A stretch of DNA of 64,000 nt from Eledone cirrhosa. Its lineage: Eukaryota. The stretch spans positions 10,664,001-10,728,000 of the forward strand of contig OZ024759.1 of NCBI GenBank assembly GCA_964016885.1, in the 5' to 3' direction. The notes beneath the pieces were generated by a model. It saw only the letters and a list, made by a program, of their open reading frames with translations. It ran no database searches and had not been told where the DNA came from. A program made the position numbers and the translations under genes. The number at the start of each line of letters is the position of its first letter. The stretch's first letter is position 1. Below, piece by piece: positions 1 through 9,822 of this stretch.

Positions 1-121
1 GTTCACGTTCAAGATCAGCGCCTCGTTATCGCTCCAGATCACCTCCCCGTTATAGATCTCGATCAAGATCTCCCCGTGGCAGATATCGGTCAAGATCTCG
101 TTCTCCTGGTAGAAAAAATCG
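1..121 (+). CDS. SNRNP27: SNRNP27 exon (RS domain), truncated by the window start
   Basis: Reads SRSRSAPRYRSRSPPRYRSRSRSPRGRYRSRSRSPGRKN(R) and ends at donor CG|GTATGT (phase 2). Joins in frame to the downstream exons that encode the SNRNP27 C-terminus. Confidence 0.85.
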
Positions 122-198
122 GTATGTTTCAGGATTTCTTAGTTTTATCTTTCATTCTTTTCTGACCAGATTTTTAATGAAATACATTGTTTCATTTA

Positions 199-414
199 CT
201 GCATTTCCTGGCATCGAAGACTCTACTTTTTTCCTAAAGTAAGTCTCAAAAATCTAAAAAAAAAAATCTTTAAAGAACAATAAACAATCTTCGGCCTCCA
301 GGATTCAAAGTTTGGTTCTTAAAATTAGGGTGCATCCTCGAGGACAAAGCGTCTTCAGCGCTGGGTTAGGGTGTGTCCTCAAAGACGAAGTGTCTTCAGC
401 GCCAGGAAATCCAG
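199..414. mobile_element. TA-flanked MITE (Tc1/mariner superfamily, Tc2/pogo-like ends)
   Basis: TA|ctgcatttcctggcatcgaagac ... gtcttcagcgccaggaaatccag|TA imperfect TIRs. Related copy at 40644-40812. Confidence 0.6.
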
Positions 415-569
415 TAATTAATGAAGAATTTTGATGGATTTACTGAAATTATCAATTATTTCATTAATATGAAGGTTACTTAACATGGTTCTTGTATAGT
501 CTTGAAGATTTTAATTTAGATAGGAATCCTTTCAACTTGTTTAATATTTAATTCTATGCCATTCAGTGG

Positions 570-845
570 AGACTTTTAGACATGCCAACAAAGTCAGAAA
601 ACAGTACAGCTCCCAGAAACATGGAACAAACTACCTGCATCAGTTGTTAGCTGCTCGGACACTGCATCCTTCAAAATTTGCCAGCACTACACCTAATATT
701 CCCCCTCCATACACATGTATCTATATCATCACTCATACGCTGTTCATTTTCCTGACATTTGTACATTATTCTATGTACTATAGAAGCAGCTTTGATGAGT
801 TGTAGTGCACCTGAGCAGTATACTCAATAATTTTCATTATATATT
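570..845 (+). mobile_element. Degenerate CR1-like LINE 3' end
   Basis: Diverged match to the reverse complement of 55007-55900 (gacatgcc..caaagtcagaaaacag..., gtgcacctgagca...ttcattat tail). Confidence 0.65.
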
Positions 846-885
846 ATATTATAAAATATAATTTATTTTTTTGTTCTTCTTTCAG

Positions 886-900
886 AGATCGTAGGAATAA
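886..900 (+). CDS. SNRNP27: SNRNP27 15-nt microexon, (R)DRRN(N)
   Basis: Long polypyrimidine tract ttttttgttcttctttcAG, exon agatcgtaggaataa, consensus donor GTAAGT. Phase 2-2 keeps the frame. Confidence 0.75.
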
Positions 901-1043
901 GTAAGTACAAAGTGTTGTTTTCTTAATACCCCTCCCCCACATTACATATTTCTACTTAAACCTGTTTAACCCTTTCATTAACATAGTTTTAATGAAAGAC
1001 ACTGGCTATAGATTTCAAGTAATAATTTGGAGAGATTTATGTA

Positions 1044-1380
1044 TCATCATCATCGTCATTTTATGTCCGCTTTTCCCTGCTTGCAAGGGTGGGACGGGGA
1101 CTGATTCTGGCTTGATTTCTACAGCTGGATGCCCTTCCTAACACCAACCTCATTTACAGTGAGTGCTGGGTGCTTTTTTGCCGTGGCACCTCCACGACCA
1201 CTTTGCAGTGGAATGATAGGGACCCCAGTCCCTATCATCTCATTTCTACAGCTGAGTAAACTGGAGCAATGTGAAATAAAGTGTCTTGCTCAAGGAAACA
1301 ACACATCACCCGGTCTGAGAATTGAACTCACAACCTTTCGATTGCAAGCCCAATGCTCTAACCACTAAGCCATGTGCCTC
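1044..1380 (-). mobile_element. tRNA-derived SINE with RTE-A tail
   Basis: Minus strand: A-box TGGCTTAGTGG, B-box GTTCAATTCT, central tccttgagcaagacactttatttc, (GAT)n tail. Near-identical copies at 5238-5565 (+), 36746-37080 (-) and 37221-37563 (-). Confidence 0.85.
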
Positions 1381-1535
1381 CCTAAGCCATGTGTGTGTAC
1401 CATGTGGTCACCATATCTCACCCTCCATCTCCCTTCTATTCATATAGTATGGTCCTAAGTGATGGAGTGTGTATATATATATATATATATATACATATGT
1501 ATGTATGTACCTCTGTGTGTGTGTGTATATATGTA

Positions 1536-2140
1536 TATGGTGCTACTGGTAACATGTATCCCAGTACAACCTGTCCCATGGTCGGGTCGTTGGCGACTAA
1601 ACTGGCAACCCCACCAAGGTTTCTTGGTGAGGAGGGTGACTTTGGACATCCTGCAGGACTAAAAACAAAACCTGTCAAAGGGCAAAGGAGCTCTTAAGAG
1701 TCAATGGCCATCCAAAATCACCGGGAGGGATGACCCCTTAGCCTTTGTCAAGGCAGAATTCTAGGAGAAGGAAAACTCTGATCTAACACCTGCAACCCTG
1801 ATGGTATCCAATCATGTTGACTTGTTCTTCTTTTTGGTAAATATCATCTTGGTTAAGAGAGTGGGACTGGCTTTGTGCAGTGCCTTTGCTCACTATAAAA
1901 GCTTCACAGCACAGGCATTGCTTTATATCTGGAGATCTCTCTGCACTTGTCGTCACATGGTACCATGGGCCCAGCACTATGTGTCAGTAATTGTCACAAG
2001 TGTAGTGTTTGTACCAGAGTTTTCAAGTCGCTGGCTGGACTAAAAAGTCACACTCGTTCAGCGCATCGGTAGGGGTTCTCCTACATGGATATAAAGTAGT
2101 GGCCGTACTCGAAAACGAGTTGGCAGCCACCATATATATA
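1536..2140 (+). mobile_element. About 600-bp non-autonomous RTE-derived element (5' UTR-like part plus C2H2 3' end)
   Basis: Near-identical inverted copy at 58283-58835 and a diverged copy at 2730-3029 plus 4000-4165. Contains ctaggagaaggaaaactctga and CSVCTRVFKSLAGLKSHTRSAHR* (2001-2072). Confidence 0.65.
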
Positions 2141-2258
2141 GAAGTAGTAATACAACAGTTAGTTCACCATACTGAGAACAATTGTTTCACCTGAAGTGGA
2201 TCTTCAGCTCGGGCTGGTAATGGTTATAATGGTTATATATATATATATATATATATAT

Positions 2259-2705
2259 AGGCGCATGGCTTAGTGGTTAGAGCATTGGGCTTGCAATCGA
2301 AAGGTTGTGAGTTTAATTCTCGGACCGAGTGATGTGTTGTTTCCTTGAGCAAGACACTTTATTTCACATTGCTCCAGTTTACTCAGCTGTAGAAATGAGA
2401 TGATAGGACTGGGGTCCCTATCATTCCACTGCAAAGTGGTCGTGGAGGTGCCACGGCAAAAAAGCACCCAGCCCACACTGTAAAGTGGACATGTAGGTTC
2501 CACAGAAAAAGAAAAAAAAAGCACCCAGCACTCACTGTAAATGAGGTTGGTGTTAGGAAGGGCATCCAGCTGTAGAAATCAAGCCAGAATTAGTTCCCGT
2601 ATGAGCAAGACAAGGTCAGCCGACTGAACACTGACCACAACAGGACAACCCGTTTGACCCATGTTAGCGTGGAAGAACGGACGTAAAACGGTGGTGATGA
2701 TGATA
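2259..2705 (+). mobile_element. tRNA-derived SINE with RTE-C tail
   Basis: Same head and body as 1044-1380, but the 3' end is atgagcaagacaaggtcagccga...cggacgtaaaacggtggtgatga. Copies at 32355-32890 (-) and 52191-52573 (+). Confidence 0.85.
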
Positions 2706-3033
2706 TATATATATGTCATTGTTCTTCCGCGCGACTGGCAACATGTAACCTAGTACAACCTGTGTGTGGTCTGGTCATATGCGACTAAACTGGCAACCCC
2801 ACTAAGCTTACTTTATGAGGAACTCAGGAGAGTCAACGTCCATCGAATAAAGTTTTCTTTGTGGAGTGAGAGACTCCTAGTCTTCATTAAGACATCTCTC
2901 TAGAAGGTCACTCTGATATAAAACCTGTGACTTCATTTGTCTCCAGTGATGTAGACCAGTTCTTCTTATTGGGTAAATGCATTCGATGTTCAGCGAGTGG
3001 AATTGACTCCGTGCAAAGTCTTTCCTCACTTAA

Positions 3034-3995
3034 CCCTTTAATGTTCAAACCGGCCAGAATTCTCTACCTCTTTCTGTTGAAACTGGCTGTAACTGGTCAC
3101 TCAAACTGATGTTACAGTATTGTTTTCAAAATCTCATAGATTCAATATCATGTGAGGTAAAGCCTTTACCATGAAAATACAATAGTAAATATAGAGTAAT
3201 GTAAATGTTATATGAGATATTATGTGAGGTAAAGCCTTTACTGTGAAAATACAATAGTATATATAGAGTAATGTAAATGTTATGTGAGATATTATGTGAG
3301 GTAAAGCCTTTACCATGAAAATACAATAGTATATATAGAGTAATGTAAATGTTATGTGAGGTAAAGCCTTTACTGTGAAAATACAATAGTATATATAGAG
3401 TAATGTAAATGTTATGTGAGATATTATGTGAGGTAAAGCCTTTACCATGAAAATACAATAGTATATATAGAGTAATGTAAATGTTATGTGAGGTAAAGCC
3501 TTTACTGTGAAAATACAATAGTATATATAGAGTAATGTAAATGTTATGTGAGATATTATGTGAGGTAAAGCCTTTACTGTGAAAATACAATAGTATATAT
3601 GGAGTAATGTAAATGTTATGTGAGATATTATGTGAGGTAAAGCCTTTACTGTGAAAATACAATAGTATATATAGAGTAATGTAAATGTTATGTGAGGGAA
3701 AGCCTTTACCATGAAAATACAATAGTATATATAAAGTAATGTAAATGTTATGTGAGGTAAAGCCTTTACCATGAAAATACAATAGTATATATAGAGTAAT
3801 GTGAATGTTATGTGAGGTAAAGCCTTTACCATGAAAATACAATAGTATATATAGAGTAATGTGAATGTTATGTGAGGTAAAGCCTTTACCATGAAAATAC
3901 AATAGTATATATAGAGTAATGTGAATGTTATGTGAGGTAAAGCCTTTACCATCAAAATACAATAGTATATATAGAGTAATGTGAATGCTAAAGGG
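3034..3995 (-). mobile_element. piggyBac-like TTAA MITE with internal 60/72-bp tandem array
   Basis: TTAA|CCCTTTA...TAAAGGG|TTAA. Splits the diverged copy of the 1536-2140 element. Confidence 0.85.
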
Positions 3996-4349
3996 TTAAA
4001 AAAGCTTCAATCACAGGCATTGCTTGATATGTGAAATTTTTTTGCGATGCATGGTATTGCTGGCCATAGGCAAGTCCCTAGCTGGACTAAGAAAGCACGT
4101 CCCTGATGCTCATACTTAAGTATCGAGCGATGGCATTACTCGAAGTCGAGTTGCAGCCATCATCTATATAAATGTGTGTGGATAAGAAGATTCAGGACCC
4201 CGACAGCTGAGCTCCAGCCATTTATGGTTATGGTCCACCTGGTTTTTTTAACCACACCCTATCTGATATATATATATATATATATTTATATGTGTGTGTG
4301 TGTATATATACCATGTCTAATTGTCCACCATCTCTCTTTTATCCAATAG

Positions 4350-4414
4350 TATGGTCCGCAGTGATGACAGCGATGAAGAAGTCCAGTTTATTATGGAAGA
4401 GAAACCACACGACA
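4350..4414 (+). CDS. SNRNP27: SNRNP27 exon (N)MVRSDDSDEEVQFIMEEKPHD(T)
   Basis: Acceptor ctctcttttatccaatAG and donor GTAAGT. 65 nt, phase 2 to 1. It was the only candidate found that bridges the phase-2 microexon to the phase-1 exon at 7343. Confidence 0.75.
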
Positions 4415-4440
4415 GTAAGTTTACATCTCATATGTCGATG

Positions 4441-4893
4441 GGCAGTATCGGTAGAGGGTCGGACGCCATGCTTTGACGCACAGAGTTACGGCCCTTGCCA
4501 TTCTGAGTTCAAATCCCGTCGAGGTTAACTGGTCGCGCGCCGGCCAGAGCATGGGCCCCCATTTGCTTATGGTGGGGAGAGCGAGAGACGGAGGCAGTGA
4601 CAATACCAGCATTTCCGAAGTATTCTGTAGACCCGATTTGATACTAATAGCTACCAATATATATTACCACATTTAAACTAACAACTTTACACACGACACG
4701 ACGGCAAATTTAATATATTCACACCATTTAAAGATTACTAAATAACTTTTTACAAGTATTGCCTGTCTTTTTATTATTTATTATTCAAATCCCGCCGAGG
4801 TTAACTTTGCCTTTCATCCTTACGGGGTCGATAAAATAAAGTACCAGTAATACACTGGGTAATTGCTGGCCTTGTGCCAAAAGTAGAATCAAT
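4441..4893 (+). mobile_element. Second SINE family (SINE-B) interrupted by a 253-bp insertion
   Basis: ggcagtatcggtagaggg...gagttcaaatcccg...ctttgcctttcatccttacggggtcgataaaataaagtaccag...gccttgtgccaaaag. Uninterrupted copies at 11136-11326 (-), 26130-26355 (+) and 33264-33452 (+). Confidence 0.75.
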
Positions 4894-5049
4894 TATATGT
4901 TGCTTCATTGGGTAGGCATGGCAGCCTAATGGTTAGGGTGTTAGGCTTCTCACAGTGATCCATAGAGACCCCGACACCTAGCAGGGAATAAAACCTTAGG
5001 GGTTGACAGAGGAAGAATTTACAAGTTTACCATTTATTTATATATCAGC

Positions 5050-5221
5050 GATGAACTGGATTCCACCTGGTGGCAAACGGAATCAGGGTTGATCCAAGAT
5101 TACCTGGCAACGAGCGTTCCAAAAATACCTGATGGCAGCCATCACCACCTGGCATGTATACTAATCATGACCGTTGGCAGCTACTTACTGCTTGATGCTC
5201 CAAAAGAACCTAAGACTTAGA
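5050..5221 (+). mobile_element. RTE-E LINE 3' fragment
   Basis: MNWIPPGGKR...ITWQR-like remnant ending aagaacctaagacttag. Homologous to the reverse complement of 17356-17550. Confidence 0.55.
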
Positions 5222-5693
5222 TATATATATATCATAGGAGGCACATGGCTTAGTGGTTAGAGCATTGGCCTTGCAATCGAAAGGTTGTGAGTTCAATTCT
5301 CAGACCGGGTGATGTGTTGTTTCCTTGAGCAAGACACTTTATTTCACATTTCTCCAGTTTACTCAGCTGTAGAAATGAGATGATAGGGACTGGGGTCCCT
5401 ATCATTCCACTGTAAAGTGGACATGTAGGCGCCAGGGAAAAAAGCACGCAGCACTCACTGTAAATGAGGTTGGTGTTAGGAAGGGCATCCAGCTGTAGAA
5501 ATCAAGCCAGAATCAGTTCCCGTCCCACCCTTGCAAGCAGGGAAAAGCGGACGTAAAATGATGATATCATCATCATCATCATCATCATCGTTTAACGTCC
5601 ATCTTCGATACTAACATGGGTAGGATGGGCTGTCTCTTTGTGAGGGATCAGGTCGGGGGACCATGATTCGCTGACACAGAACTGATTTGGCTT

Positions 5694-5730
<37 letters not shown>

Positions 5731-5732
<2 letters not shown>

Positions 5733-6195
5733 TGATAAACTCCGACCTCACACACTTACACCTCTCCAAGACAATGTCACTGGACCGTGACCTTTGGCGG
5801 TACTCAGTAACAGAGAAGACCCGCCTTGCCAGTAGGCATCTCTAACAAACTACACCCCGTCCCGCCACCACCCCCACCCCATCCACACCACCCCGTTCTA
5901 TGTAAAGTTATGTTGGTGCCGCGCCATCCAGGCCGAAACAAATGAGATCGTGTAGGTGTCACGACAAAAAAACACACAGTCCACGCTGTAATGTGGCCGT
6001 GTAGGCAACACGGTAAAAACCTCCCAGACCCACACTGTAAATGTGGTTGGTGTTAGGAAGGGCATCCAACTGTAGAAAACCTGCCAGACAGTCCTATGCG
6101 AGCAAGACAATCACTCTTGCCTCAAGTGGGACTACCCCCGTCCAAACCCATGCAAGCGTGGAACACGGACGTTAAACGTTGATGATGATGATGAT
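5731..6195 (+). mobile_element. RTE-B LINE 3' end (ORF tail, 3' UTR, (GAT)n)
   Basis: Matches 54423-54915. Another copy lies at 51705-52185 (-). Confidence 0.8.
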
Positions 6196-6369
6196 ATATA
6201 ATGCTCAACATCACCTTTTCAAAAAAGTATATCACACACAAACTGCCAGCATCAACAGTTTTCCAAGAGATGACAACATGAATGGACCTGTTATTTTCCT
6301 CTAAAAAAAAAATCTTTGTGTCGGCCCATTCTCCACTATCTTTCTATTTCTTTTTTTAATTTCTCATTC

Positions 6370-6432
6370 TATTTTCTGATGAAGGACGAGAGTCTGAAAC
6401 GTTAAGACTCCTACTATATCAAGCGTCAACCT
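6370..6432 (+). ncRNA. Degenerate type-I hammerhead-ribozyme-like motif
   Basis: CTGATGA-A-GGAC-GAGA-GTCT-GAAACGTT...AGCGTC. Core, stem II, a 5-bp stem III and the GUC triplet are present, but stem I is only 2 bp. Confidence 0.45.
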
Positions 6433-6803
6433 AATATATTTCTTCATTCTACTGTGTTGTTTTCTTATATAAAGAAAAGACAAGGACGATTCCTTTACAA
6501 GTTTTTAATGATCGACCTGTTACACACTTTTCATAGAAGATTGGCTCAAGATCCTCCATGGATGTTATGGGCCAGACTCCAGCTTTGCTTATCAGTAAAT
6601 TACTGATTCACCTTTACTATATGTATGTATATATATATGAATGTACATATTGTATATTTAATAATATACTGTATGTTATTTATAAAACATTTTGAAGGCC
6701 TTTTGCTATGAATTTAAGGTAAATTGAAAAAAAATAGTTTAAAATTTGTCGTAAATCTGAAGTTTCATCTGGTCAGTACTTAACCTGGTTTCCTTGGCAT
6801 TAA

Positions 6804-7195
6804 CTCTTTAGCATTTAAACCAGGTGTATTAAGCCAGAATTCCCTCACCTCTTTCTGTTCAAATTGGATGTAGTCGGCCGCTCATACTGATGTTAAGGTT
6901 TTGTTCTCAAAATAAATATCAAAATATCATAGATGTGATATTATGTTAAGTAAAGCCTTTTCCACGAAAATACAATAGTATATATAATGTAAATGTTATG
7001 TGAGGTAAAGCCTTTACTGTGAAAATACAATAGTATATATAGAGTAATGTAAATGTGAGATATTATGTGAGGTAAAGCCTTTACTGTGAAAATACAATAG
7101 TATATATAGAGTAATGTAAATGTTATGTGAGGTATTATGTGAAGTGAAGCCTTTACTGTGAAAATACAATAGTATATATAGAGTTTTATAAAGGG
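6804..7195 (-). mobile_element. piggyBac-like TTAA MITE, short array
   Basis: TTAA-flanked, same body and satellite unit as 3034-3995. Confidence 0.75.
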
Positions 7196-7342
7196 TTAAG
7201 CAACTGAATATAGAATCTCCACCCTGGATAAGACACGAGTCTCTCACAGAGTTGACTCCTAGCATAATTAGAAATCTATAATTTATTTATTGTTAAGTGT
7301 CTTGACACCTTTCTTTAAAGATTCCCCAATTTCTGTTTTCAG

Positions 7343-7422
7343 CTTCACAATTGACGGACAAAACTGATGAAGAGAAAGAAATGTATAGAGTGATGGGTTT
7401 CTTACAGTTTGATACAACAAAA
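7343..7422 (+). CDS. SNRNP27: SNRNP27 exon SQLTDKTDEEKEMYRVMGFLQFDTTK
   Basis: Acceptor ttctgttttcAG and donor GTAAAT. Matches the conserved SNRNP27 motif (human [22 protein letters not shown], recalled). Confidence 0.92.
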
Positions 7423-7513
7423 GTAAATTTTATACTTTCATTTTATTGTAAACAATGTTTAAGTTTCCAACATCATAGTTTTTATATCTTTCCATGGTTT
7501 GGACATGACTTTT

Positions 7514-7997
7514 TGAGGCAGTGTCTCTGTGGCTGGATGCCCTTTCCGAAGGCAGTATCTCTGTGGTTGGATGCCCTTTCCGAAGGCAGTGTCTCTGTGG
7601 TTGGATGCCCTTTCCGAAGGCAGTGTCTCTGTGGCTGGATGCCCTTCCCGAAGGCAGTGTCTCTGTGGCTGGATGCCCTTCCCGAAGGCAGTGTCTCTGT
7701 GGCTGGATGCCCTTCCCGAAGGCAGTGTCTCTGTGGCTGGATGCCCTTCCCGAAGGCAGTGTCTCTGTGGCTGGATGCCCTTCCCGAAGGCAGTGTCTCT
7801 GTGGCTGGATGCCCTTCCCGAAGGCAGTGTCTCTGTGGCTGGATGCCCTTTCCGAAGGCAGTGTCTCTGTGGCTGGATGCCCTTCCCGAAGGCAGTGTCT
7901 CTGTGGCTGGATGCCCTTCCCGAAGGCAGTGTCTCTGTGGCTGGATGCCCTTCCCGAAGGCAGTGTCTCTGTGGCTGGATGCCCTTCCCGAAGGCAG
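7514..7997. repeat. 34-bp minisatellite, about 14 copies, in a SNRNP27 intron
   Basis: Unit gaaggcagtgtctctgtggctggatgcccttccc. Contains the SINE/RTE 3' UTR motif gctggatgcccttcc. Confidence 0.95.
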
Positions 7998-8419
7998 CGC
8001 ATACTTCATCTTCATCAACCTGGTTAGTTGTATGGACATAAACAAGTGTCACCACTTGTGTTGATATGAAGACACACACACTTAACTGTAATATAGAAAC
8101 TATGTAATCTAATAGCCGTGGCTTGATGCAGTCTGTCATCCTCATACCAGTAATTAAAGCAGGTAGGTTGTTTGGCTGAGAGGACTGGTGTGTGCTTTTG
8201 TGGGTAGAAGCCAAGAAACCTACATTGATGTGACACATGACAGGACTGGACCCTATCATTAAAATATCCAGGAAACCACCTACGAGATAAAACTTAAGTG
8301 GGAGCTGTAACAATAACATGATAGGATTGTGGCCCCTATCATTAAAATACCAAAGAAACCCCCTGTAAGATACCTCTTATGTGGGAGCTTCCTTTCATTT
8401 ATTTTTGTATCTTTTCCAG

Positions 8420-8481
8420 GAAAAACAAACAAGTAAAAAACCAATATACGTAGCAAACATTGTCCACAAAAGAAAATACAG
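8420..8481 (+). CDS. SNRNP27: SNRNP27 exon EKQTSKKPIYVANIVHKRKY(R)
   Basis: Acceptor cttttccAG and donor AG|GTGCGT. Phase 0 to 2. Carries the KRKYR motif. Confidence 0.92.
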
Positions 8482-9500
8482 GTGCGTACTTCTATATTTT
8501 TATTTTAAACATGTAGCACATTTCTTGGCCATGTCTCTTCCATCATCATCATACATCTGCTTTTCCTTGCTTGCAAGGATGACTTGAGCAATCTGAGGTC
8601 AGCTCTTACCACCTCTGCCTATGTTTTTCGTGGTCTTCCTTCTACCGGGATTTCTTGGCACTTTTTCACCCAGCAGTCATCCTCCATGCACATCACATGG
8701 CCAAACTAATGCAGTCTTCTCTCTCACACACAACAACTTATCCCGCTTATACATAGTTTCTCTCTCAACTCGTCCATACTTGGTCGTTCACGCACATTGA
8801 CATTGCACGTCCATCAGAGCATGCCTGCCTCATTTCTCTCCAGCCTTCGCAGTTGCTTATTCTTATTCTAAACATGTAGTGTATCTCCCCAAACGTGTGG
8901 ACATTTTGAGTTGCTAAATTTTGAAAAAGAAAGTCTTCCACGCAAAAAAAAAAATTCAGTAACTCTGTCGTAGATTTTTTATTCAAAATATATAATTCTT
9001 TCATGTAGAAAAATCTATTCTAGAAATGTAATTATCTCATGTAGTTTACATTCCTTTATTCTAAATAAGCAGGGGGAGTTCATGTGTATATATATATATA
9101 TATAGCTACATGTTGCCCTCATATAACATCTGAGGGCTAGGGGCTGGACATGTGTCAGTAACTGGATAACATTTACATAAACTGGTCGTGTAGGTCAGAG
9201 GTTGTGTTGGTGACATGACAAAAGGCATCCAGTCTGCACTAAAGTGGTTGTGTTGGTGACGTGTCAAAATAAAAAGCACCCAGTTCACTGTAAATGTGGC
9301 AGGACAACGAAGCCAGAAACAGTTCTGTATGAACAAGACAGAGTCATCTGACCTGGCTTGTCTCACAACTGGACAACTAGTCTAACCCATGCTAGCATGG
9401 ACGTTAAACAGTGATGACAACTTAACCTCATTAAATTACCATATAAAGTCCTTGTTATAGCAATACTGTTTATCAAAATCTTTTATTTTTTCCTCTACAG

Positions 9501-9555
9501 GCAATACATGAACAGACGAGGAGGATTCAACAGACCTTTAGATTTTATTGCTTAA
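9501..9555 (+). CDS. SNRNP27: SNRNP27 last coding exon (R)[17 protein letters not shown]
   Basis: Acceptor ttttttcctctacAG. Near-identical to the diagnostic SNRNP27 C-terminus [21 protein letters not shown] at 9553-9555. Confidence 0.96.
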
Positions 9556-9816
9556 ATATAGACTGGGTTCCTCTTCTCGGCAGATCAACATAATATGACC
9601 TATGGTGACATAGAACAAAACACCTCATCTCCATGATTATATAATTTGACACTTCATCTTCATAAATGTCTGTTTTTAGATCATAAAACTGCCTTTACAC
9701 CCAGTGGTGGATTAAAGAGTAACCAGGCTGCACCACTGGGGGGCCACAGATGAATGTTTTGGCCCCATGCAAGCTTAAATCCACCCTTGCTCACAATTTT
9801 CTTTTCCTTAAATTTA

Positions 9817-9822
9817 AATAAA
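9817..9822 (+). promoter_or_regulatory. Candidate polyadenylation signal of SNRNP27
   Basis: AATAAA about 260 nt after the stop, followed by a T-rich tract. The AT-rich background makes this weak evidence. Confidence 0.4.

Noticed and set aside
2260-2330. tRNA genes at SINE heads
   Set aside because: A and B boxes are present but there is no complete cloverleaf or acceptor stem, and each continues into a SINE body.
6475-6600. Alternative SNRNP27 exon candidates
   Set aside because: In-frame stop or wrong end phase. The 4350-4414 exon fits with better splice sites.
7351-8319. Overlapping Cys/Trp-rich ORFs on both strands
   Set aside because: A 34-bp repeat read through rotating frames. Only 7343-7422 is a real exon.
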